Source: Octopus sinensis (lineage: Eukaryota). From it: 9,998 nt of DNA. The notes under the pieces are model-generated. The model made no database searches. It had not been told where the DNA came from and saw only the letters and a program-made list of their open reading frames with translations. The stretch spans positions 1 to 9,998 of the forward strand of contig NW_021827779.1 of assembly GCF_006345805.1 (NCBI RefSeq), in the 5' to 3' direction. This document shows, one piece after another, positions 1 to 7,227 of this stretch; position 1 is the stretch's first letter, and each line of letters opens with the position of its first letter. The translations under genes were made by a program, and so were the position numbers.

Positions 1-49
1 CGCCTGTTATTGTTCCTAATTATTGGCTGTTATTGGTAAGCTGTAAAGC

Positions 50-154
50 GGGGGGCGAGCTGGCAGAAGCATTAGCACATCTCTAACAGGCATTTCGTCC
101 ATCTTTAAGTTCTGTGTTCGAATTCCGCCGAGGTCGACTTTGCCATTCATCTTT
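50..154 (+). mobile_element. tRNA-derived SINE family A, 5' fragment
   Basis: GGCGAGCTGGCAGAAGCATTAGCAC (A-box-like), then GTTCGAATTCCGCC (B-box), then GAGGTCGACTTTGCCATTCATC. Matches the reverse complement of the copies at 1173-1374 and 6200-6399. Confidence 0.85.
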
Positions 155-360
155 AGTAGTTTGAGATGTGTATTTGTGATGGTGAGACAGGCATCGCGAC
201 ACAACGTGTTGGGCACTGAAACAAAGAAAGAGAGCTAGCAGTTCTAGCTGTGGGGAGCTGGCGAGCTGACTGTCCAAAGGGACAAAGAGGCCGACTCATG
301 TCAGTCGGGCTCCTTATATGCTTTTCACGACTTCCGTTATCTCTAAGGGCTGTTGTGTTT

Positions 361-387
361 TAAGTACTAGGGACGATGTAATTGACA
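361..387 (+). mobile_element. Possible distal fragment of SINE A (TAAGTAC...GGTCGATGTAATCGAC module)
   Basis: TAAGTACTAGGGACGATGTAATTGAC resembles the CTGGGGTCGATGTAATCGAC segment of other family A copies (reverse complement of 1449-1469). The match is short. Confidence 0.4.
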
Positions 388-402
388 TACCAATTCCACC
401 AG

Positions 403-448
403 AACACCTGATGAAAGCTGGAGATTACATCAGCCGAAACGGTGTGAT
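403..448 (+). ncRNA. Degenerate minimal type I hammerhead ribozyme motif (Penelope-like-element style)
   Basis: CTGATGA 408-414; stem II GCTG 417-420 / CAGC 431-434; GAAAC 436-440; stem I CAC 405-407 / GTG 444-446 plus A403-T448. The cleavage triplet reads GGT instead of GTH. Confidence 0.55.
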
Positions 449-519
449 AACAAGATGAGGACACCTATCCGTCCATTGTAAATAATGTAAAAATTGCTTG
501 TGTCAAAATTTGTTGCCGT

Positions 520-597
520 TTTAACTCTCACCGTTCAAGGTTTGTTCTGACACAGGAAACCTAAGATCAAAGGTATGTTAGTCATGACCATCCCATC
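520..597 (+). repeat. Unclassified short dispersed repeat (second copy inverted at 9697-9763)
   Basis: TTAACTCT...ACCTAAGATCAAAGGTATGTTAGTCATGACCATCCC aligns with the reverse complement of 9697-9763 (TTAACTCT...ACCTATGACCAAAGGCATTCTAGCCGTGGCTGTCCT). Confidence 0.55.
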
Positions 598-685
598 GGG
601 TATTCATACAGTATATGTAGAATCACATTTTCTAATAATGTAATCCGACATGATCACAAAACTGTCGCTTATAAAGTTTCCAATG

Positions 686-780
686 TTTTATTGACTCCAG
701 AAAGATAAAAGGCGAAGTCTACTTCGACCAGATTTGAACTGCGACCATAAAGGTCCGTAACTAAATACAGTAAACCATTT
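686..780 (-). mobile_element. Diverged SINE family A-like fragment
   Basis: TTTATTGACTCCAGAAAGATAAAAGGCGAAGTC...GATTTGAACT resembles TTTATCGATCTCCGAAAGGATGAAAGGCAAAGTC...GAATTTGAACT at 1257-1310. Confidence 0.65.
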
Positions 781-809
781 CATAATGTGTCGTTCCATGT
801 AGGGTGAGA

Positions 810-1076
810 TTTGAGGGAAATTTGACTGCTACTTCTAGCGTTTCATACCACTACCTAGAAATTGAGCGACTTAGTTGCTATTTAACCGAAATCACTTCTC
901 ATTCACGTGGCCTACGATAACTATGACCATTCCAACTTTTTACTCATAGGGTAACTAAGAACACAATGGTATGATGTGATTTAATGGAAATTTGACAGCT
1001 ATTATTAGCAGATCAAACGACTTACGTACAGACCTTGTAGTTGTTGATTTGAGGGTGATTTAGTTGTTTTTTTCTA
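810..1076. repeat. Cluster of four degenerate ~30-bp motifs (TTTGAGGGAAATTTGRCTGCTATTTCTAGC-like)
   Basis: Copies at ~810-839, 862-885, 979-1010 and 1047-1074, irregularly spaced. Confidence 0.5.
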
Positions 1077-1172
1077 AAAGGTGCACATAAAACCTCCTTC
1101 AGTGGTTTCAGGGTGGTTGGTAGTTACTACTTAGTGTGTACACTAAAGTACTATTCCATTTTCCCCAATATT

Positions 1173-1374
1173 GGTTTCAAATTTTGGTACAAAGCCATCA
1201 ATTTCGATGGAGAGGCTAAGTCGATTACATCAACCTAGTGCTCAACTGGTACTTATTTTATCGATCTCCGAAAGGATGAAAGGCAAAGTCCACTCCTTCG
1301 GAATTTGAACTCAGAACGTAAAGATGGACGAAATGTCGCTAAGCATTTTGCCCGGCGTGCTAACAATTCTGCCA
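1173..1374 (-). mobile_element. tRNA-derived SINE family A, near full length
   Basis: The minus strand reads TGGCAGAATTGTTAGCACG (A-box)...GAGTTCAAATTCC (B-box)...CCTTTCATCCTTTCGG...ATAAAATAAGTACCAG...CCAAAATTTGAAACC. Confidence 0.92.
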
Positions 1375-1404
1375 TTTGACAGCGTTACAGCTTACCAAAG
1401 ATAA

Positions 1405-1588
1405 TTTCAAATTTTGGCACAAGGCCAGCAAGCTCAGAGAAGGGGCTAAGTCGATTACATCGACCCCAGTGCTCAACTGGTACTTATTTCATCGGTTCCA
1501 AAAGGATGAAAGACAAAGCCGACCCACGTAGACGGACGAAATGTCGCTAAGCATTTCGCCCGTCGTGCTAACGATTCTGCCAGCTCCC
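1405..1588 (-). mobile_element. SINE family A with an internal deletion removing the B-box
   Basis: Colinear with 1173-1374 but lacks the GGAATTTGAACTCAGA segment at ~1525. Confidence 0.9.
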
Positions 1589-1732
1589 TAATACTGATGT
1601 CCCATATAAACAATAGATCACTTACATTTATGGAGAAATGGCAAGTTGAGATGAACACATCGCAAGTGATACTTAATTAAGACAATGAGGGTGTCTCAAC
1701 GTATTTGATGTTCAACCTGCGTTTAAAGGTTT

Positions 1733-2132
1733 GGAACTTTTGGGTTTGAACGGCAGTTTTTTCTAGCGGTGTCATATGAAATTGTCACCCATAATTATGA
1801 CCCTAGTATCGATCTATTGCATTTCAATATGTTTTAGGGTTAGTTAGGGTTAGGGAAGGGTATCTTTTCTTCTTCACAAATGTAAAATAAACCCAATCTG
1901 CTTTTCATACGGCACAGAATGTTTTTTTTACCTCAATAGACGTCACTGATTGGTTGAAATTGCAGAAATTGAAGAAAAACAACAACAAATATCTTACAAA
2001 CTATAGAATTTTCTCAATAAAGCCAAGAGAAAAAGATGTTTTATAAACACATTCTAGCAGTATACGAAGTTTAAAAGTGTTTTGTTACGTGGAAATTATT
2101 TTAAAAAACTGCCGTTCAAACCGTAAAGATCC
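1733..2132. mobile_element. MITE / non-autonomous DNA transposon, 400 bp, with 30-bp TIRs
   Basis: Left TIR 1733-1762 GGAACTTTTGGGTTTGAACGGCAGTTTTTT versus reverse complement of right TIR 2103-2132 GGATCTTTACGGTTTGAACGGCAGTTTTTT: 27/30 identical. AT-rich non-coding interior; no clear TSD. Confidence 0.85.
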
Positions 2133-2614
2133 AAAGATTTTTTTTTCTTCCGTGAGAGCTGACTCCATGCTTTTGGTACAAGAACTATTGAATAAAGCAA
2201 TTTCCCATTTCATGGGTCCCCTTAATTTTCCAGTTACCAGGATGATCTCTTAATCTTTCAGTCGCTTTCTGCATTTCAGAAAATTTTATTTAATCTACAT
2301 TTTTCGTCTTGTAGCTGTCCGGCATTATTTTCCTAGTTCTGTTGATAGCACGATAAAAGTTCCACCCAAGTTATTTTCGAAAATAAAATTTGTTTGTATA
2401 CAATGTCATAGCTGGCATTTTTATCATCGAGCTTGACACCAAATAAGTACTGCAAAATTAGCGGTCATTTATCGACTTTTTCCCTGGAGAGTTCAAATGA
2501 ATTTTATCATGAGATAAACTTGCTTGTCCCAGTGTTTTCTTTAAACATTTCAACATTTCCAACCAATTTTTCTTTGCTTTTAAGAATAATAACACCACAC
2601 ACTGTTTTTGTCGT

Positions 2615-2950
2615 CTTCTTTCCTCCCATTCCTCCTCCTCCTACTTCTCCTTCTTGAATTAGTTTTCTGGGGGGCAATCGGTTTTGTTTTTATTAGTCAA
2701 ACCTGAATCTGAATAATGTATAAAACAGCCTAAAGACTTTGTTTTTTGGGGGAGAAGGTGTTTACATACGAGAGTTTTCTTTTGTTCTTCCCTTTCCTTT
2801 TTCTTCACCCTTTCTGTCTTTTTTCTTCCTTCCTTCCTTGTTTCCTTCCTTCCTTCCATTTCTTCCTTCTGTCATACCTTTCCACATCTTCTTGCTTTCT
2901 GTCTTCTTCTCCTTTTACTTCCTAATGTCTCGGTTTAATTTTCTTTATAA
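2615..2950. repeat. Polypyrimidine low-complexity tract with (CTTC)n/(CCT)n
   Basis: Direct inspection, e.g. CTTCCTTCCTTCC runs at ~2826-2860. Confidence 0.8.
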
Positions 2951-3194
2951 CTGTTAATATATATATGTGCGTTCTTGTGCATGTAAAAGGAAATGGCAAG
3001 GAATTAGGTAATGTTATAAACAATGTTTGTACTTCGTAGCCACCATTATGTACACTTTATGCTACAAAGCAAATTTGGTCAGATGAACAGTGCCAACATT
3101 TCCAGAATTTAAACGTTTCCAGATCGTAAAGCATTTTAAGACCATTAAATTCAGTTGTTGTATGTTTTCGTTTTAAATCTTTCACATGACGCTA

Positions 3195-3415
3195 TCTCGC
3201 TCTCCCAACTCTCTCTCTCTCACACACACACACATGCACATACACGGACACACATACACACATGTACTCGCATAAATAGTATATAAATATATGTGTTTGT
3301 GTACACATACACACACTCTAACACGTATAAACATAAATAACAGATATTCATGTGTACGCACATACATACGTATGTGGACACACACATACACACACACACA
3401 CACACACACGCACGC

Positions 3416-3462
<47 letters not shown>

Positions 3463-3667
3463 TATTATATATATATATATAGAAAGAGAGATAGGTACAC
3501 GTTTTTGAATTATATATATACACACACACAGAGACGCGCGCGTGTGTATGTATATATGAGTGCGTGTGTGTATTGTTTTTATGTGAAATCATATATAAAT
3601 ACATACATGCATGCATACACACATACATGCATGCATACATACATACATACATACATACATACATACA

Positions 3668-3698
<31 letters not shown>

Positions 3699-3752
3699 GT
3701 GTATACACATGCACACCGACGCACACACATGCGCCCAAACAAACAAACAAAA
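3195..3752. repeat. Compound microsatellite (CT)n/(CA)n/(TA)n/(CATA)n
   Basis: Direct inspection. (TA)n at ~3416-3480 and near-perfect (CATA)n at 3634-3697. Confidence 0.95.
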
Positions 3753-3853
3753 AGAACGCTGCTCGGATAACGGACAGAGTCAATGACTATTGAAAAGGTT
3801 GCAAGACGCAACAAAAATTTTAGAAAAAATAATAAGTAAATGAGTGGAAATCG

Positions 3854-3978
3854 AACCACATGGTTCCGGGTTCAGTCCCACTGCGTGGTACCTTGGGCAA
3901 GTGTCTTCTACTATAGCCTCGGGCTGACCAAAGCCTTGTGAGTGGATTTGGTAGACGGAAACTGAAAGAAGCCTGTCG

Positions 3979-4031
<53 letters not shown>

Positions 4032-4246
4032 TGTGTGTATATATGTTTGTGTGTCTGTGTTTGTCCCCCCAACATCGCTTGACAACCGATGCTGGTGTGT
4101 TTACGTTCCCGTAACTTAGTGGTTCGGCAAAAGAGACATAGAATAAGTTCTAGGCTTACAAAGAATAAGTCCTGGGGTCGATTTGCTCGACTAAAGGCGG
4201 TGCTCCAGCATGGCCACAGTCAAATGACTGAAACAAGTAAAAGAGT
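3854..4246 (+). mobile_element. SINE family B (5'-truncated) with internal (TA)n and intact 3' tail
   Basis: GGTTCAGTCCC (B-box-like), CCTTGGGCAAGTGTCTT (CORE-like), (TA)n 3979-4028, 3' stem-loop CAGTC-AAAT-GACTG 4217-4230, tail AAACAAGTAAAAGAGTA. Homologous to 6984-7780 and 9771-9998. Confidence 0.92.
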
Positions 4247-4395
4247 ATTACTATGAACAATACCACCAGCATGACAATGGTGAGTGTGCACCGCCCGGGG
4301 TAGCCCTTTAATTTGATGCCCTACGTCCACACCCTGGCCCATTAACCTATAATAGGTTTAAACAGCAGATCTCAAAATGCTGCCCCACTTCCATT

Positions 4396-4559
4396 ACTGA
4401 GTGGTATTTTATTTTATCGACGCCGGGTGAAATGAAAGATAAATTTGAATGAGCGAAATTTAAACTCAGAATGTAAAATAAATAAATGGATCAATAAAAG
4501 AAAAATCGAAAAAATATTCCGCAAACCAAATTTTTCCGGAGCTTTAACGATTCTGATAA
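4396..4559 (-). mobile_element. Old, diverged SINE family A (outer element of nest)
   Basis: TGGTATTTTATTTTATCGACGCCGG...GAAATTTAAACTCAGAATGTAAA...TAACGATTCTG follows family A order, with an A-rich insertion. Confidence 0.7.
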
Positions 4560-5069
4560 TGGTTTCAAATTTTAGCATAATGCTATCAGTTTTGAGTGGG
4601 CTGGGCAAGTCGACCAGGAGAATTCATCTACGAAGCAATTGCCCCAGCTCCCCTTCAGGGTTGGCGAAAGCGATGTGCGGGACCACGAAAAACCTGGCTG
4701 ATGACAGTCAAGGCTGATCTGAATCCCAACCGAGGACCCCATGTCTACAGCGTTCGCCGCTGGAATAGGGAGTGGTTGGAGATCACGCGGTCGTTAGCCT
4801 CAAATCGCCAGGCCTGGTCGGCGTTTGTGAGAGATGCAGCATTGAGGATGATTGAAGCTAGCTCAACCCACCCCGGGTGAATGCTGTCTCAAGACAAGAA
4901 GAGAAGACTGCTGTACTTGACTGGTGCTTTATTTTATCGATCTCGAAAGGGATGAGAGACAAAGTCTTTGAACTCAGAACGTAAAGAATTTGAACTCAGG
5001 ACGTAAAGAGCCGGAAGGATTGACGCTAAGTATTTTGGTCGATGTGCAAACGATTCTACTTGTTCACTA
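4560..5069 (-). mobile_element. SINE family A split by an RTE insertion (SINE parts 4560-4614 and ~4908-5069), flanked by an 18-bp TSD
   Basis: GGTTTCAAATTTT...AAGTCGAC, then the RTE, then GTACTTGACTGGTGC...TTTATCGATC...AACGATTCT. TSD CTTTAACGATTCTGATAA 4542-4559 / CTTTAACGATCCTGATAA 5070-5087. Confidence 0.85.
4611..4907 (+). pseudogene. 5'-truncated RTE-clade non-LTR retrotransposon, C-terminal ORF fragment plus 3' tail
   Basis: Frame 4611-4880 encodes ...GWRKRCAGPRKTWLMTVKADL...GPHVYSVRRWNREWL...LASNRQAWSAFVRD...ASSTHPG*. This fits the RTE C-terminal G(R/Q)PxKTW...DL...W...A.DR..W pattern. A short-repeat tail CAAGACAAGAAGAGAAGA follows at 4890-4907. Confidence 0.85.
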
Positions 5070-5811
5070 CTTTAACGATCCTGATAAGAAATTCACCTCA
5101 AATACAAAATATGATACAAAGAAAAAAGAAGAAAAACAACATGTTTACTAAAATGAATAATTTAGTTTGCCTTGAGGTAAAGGATGAGTTTTTAACGTTT
5201 CGTGTAGAGTCCTACACGAGATTAAGCTCCCTGGCAGAAATGTCAGATCTCTCATCTTCCTCAAAGCAAACTAATTTAGCCAACTTTGTGAACTTTTTGT
5301 ACTTACTACTATTTGCTAACGTAGTCCATCTCTAGTTTCCTCGGATTCCTCTGTTTTACCTAATCATAGCATTTGTGTATAGTTTATTTGTTGGCTACCT
5401 TTTTTTGTTGCCCTTCAAGAACTCTGTCTTCCTTTTTCATTCAATTATATTATATACACTCACTAAATTACACCTCATTTTATATCGAGAGCCCGTTATT
5501 ATAAAATATATACGTGCCTTCTGATATCTGACTATCACCCTCTGCCTTCCATTTGCTTCTCTTTCTCCCTGTAAACTCTTCCCATAAGTTCCTTTAATTT
5601 AATGTCAATCATCTCGTTAAGTACCTCTATTTCATTTTAGTTTTTACACACGCTTCCTCTCTGTCTTTCTTTTCCTGACCTTTCGCCGATAATGATATTT
5701 GATTCAATGAAAGACCGTAAGAACGATCCAGATGAGATAAGGATATAGTACACTCTTCAGGCTAAGATTTTCAAGCGGAGAAGAGGCTTCTAATATTTCT
5801 GGCATATAACA

Positions 5812-6024
5812 AGGCAACGGGTTCACGGAATCGTTACAGCGCCGGACAAAATGATTAGAAGCATTTCTTTCGGCTTTTTACGTTCTGAGTTCAAATGCTG
5901 CCGAGGTTGACTTTACCTTTCATCCTCTCGGTATCGATAAAATAAGTACAGTTGAGTACTGGAGTTTATGTAATTACTTTTCCCTTTCTCTTAAAATTGC
6001 TGGCATGGCGCCAAAATTTGAAAC
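5812..6024 (+). mobile_element. SINE family A, full length, with decayed ~17-bp TSD
   Basis: GGAATCGTTA...GAGTTCAAATGC...TTTCATCCTCTCGGTATCGATAAAATAAGTAC...CCAAAATTTGAAAC. Flanks AATATTTCTGGCATATA 5792-5808 / AATATTTCCGACGTACA 6025-6041 are 13/17 identical, and all differences are transitions. Confidence 0.9.
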
Positions 6025-6199
6025 AATATTTCCGACGTACACTCTGAACGGATGGCCTTGGATGTGAGATTAGGGTGGGTAAAAGTTTCATTTATGCCTC
6101 AAGTAAAATGATTTATACTACTTATTAATCTCAGAAATTTTGTCGAAGGTAAGATTGCAATGTTCCCCGCTGAACGAGAAGTTGGTCCGTTGCAGAATT

Positions 6200-6399
6200 C
6201 TAGGCCAGTCATTTTGAGGGGCGGTGACAAATCGATGTAATCGACTTGTCGGAGACTGGTCCTTTATTTTATCGACCCCCGAAATGATGCAATGAAAAGG
6301 TGACCTCAGCGGATTTTGAACTCAGAACGCAAAGAGCTAAAAGAAACGTCGCCAATCATTTAGTCCGACGAACTAACGATTCGGCCAGCTTGCCGCCTT
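6200..6399 (-). mobile_element. SINE family A, near full length
   Basis: The minus strand begins AAGGCGGCAAGCTGGCCGAATCGTTAG; B-box GAGTTCAAAATCC; GGGGGTCGATAAAATAAAGGACCAG. Confidence 0.9.
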
Positions 6400-6442
6400 A
6401 AATTCAGTCTTGGGAATTGATAACTTTTTGCTTATTAAATTA

Positions 6443-6988
6443 TGAGGGCCGTTCATTAAAGATTTCCCCTGACTCACTTCCCAAGGACTGAGATACACGA
6501 CACTTGGCATAATTATTAGTCCTCTACATATCCACCACCAATGGCGACACACTTCAACCGTCGCTTTATGCTTCTGTGAAGACCTCATCTGTAGAAGTCG
6601 GTAGGTTACGTCTAGAGCCAAGACTTTACCCCAGAAATAAGCTTATTATCATCATCCGAAAAGTGCTCTCCTTTCAAAAATACTTCATGGCTGGAAAGCG
6701 GTGGAAATTAGATGGTGCGAAGTCGGGAGAGTAAGGGGGATGAGGAAGGATTTCATGGCCGTAGGAGTATGCTTTTACCCTGGGCAACAGGTGCATTGTG
6801 AACTGAGGTGTTGTCTTGGAGGAGGCGGACTCCTTTGGTCAGCATGCCACGCCTCTTTACTTTGATGGCATCCCGCAATTTCTGCAGCAGAAAATGCCCT
6901 GTTAATTGTGGCGCCCTTTGCCAGAAAATCCATCATCACTACTCCGCGCTGATCGCAAACAACTGTGAGCATCAGCCTGAGGGTTGCT
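6443..6988 (-). pseudogene. Decayed mariner (Tc1/mariner, D,D34D) transposon: transposase C-terminal half plus 3' TIR
   Basis: Across frameshifts the minus strand reads LMLTVVCDQRGVVMMDFLAKGATI / LLQKLRDAIKVKRRGMLTKGVRLLQDN (D at 6813-6815) / EILPHPPYSPDFAPSNFH (6707-6733) / ...KCVAIGGGYVED* (stop 6516-6518), with in-frame stops. TIR-like TGAGGGCCGTTCATTAAAGATTTCCCCTGA 6443-6472 is preceded by TA at 6441-6442. Confidence 0.93.
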
Positions 6989-7137
6989 TCCCAACGACAT
7001 GGGTTTGGGCTCAGTTTCACTGTGTGGCACTTTGGGCACGTGTCTTCTGCTGAAGCCTTGTGAGTGGATTTGGTAGAAGGAAACTGAAAGAAACCTATCG
7101 TATATATATGATAATATATATATGTATATATATATAG

Positions 7138-7227
<90 letters not shown>

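Noticed and set aside
2160-2590. Short protein-like minus-strand stretches (e.g. MQKATERLRDHPGNWKIKG)
   Set aside because: They are interrupted by stops in every frame and contain no motif I recognise. A tBLASTx/HMM search would be needed.
2433-2957. F/S/P-rich and K/E/R-rich ORFs
   Set aside because: They are products of the polypyrimidine low-complexity tract.
3182-4032. Many overlapping ORFs of 60-225 aa (YIYI, CVCV, HTHT, MYVC repeats)
   Set aside because: These are translation artefacts of (TA)n/(CA)n/(CATA)n microsatellites, which lack stops in several frames.
4298-4309. GGGTAGCCCTTT repeated at 7828-7839, each ~50 nt after a SINE B tail
   Set aside because: A few 12-mer matches are expected by chance in 10 kb, and the flanks do not align.
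4698-4725. Second CTGATGA that might be a hammerhead
   Set aside because: There is no GAAA after the putative stem II, and it is explained as RTE codons (W-L-M-T).
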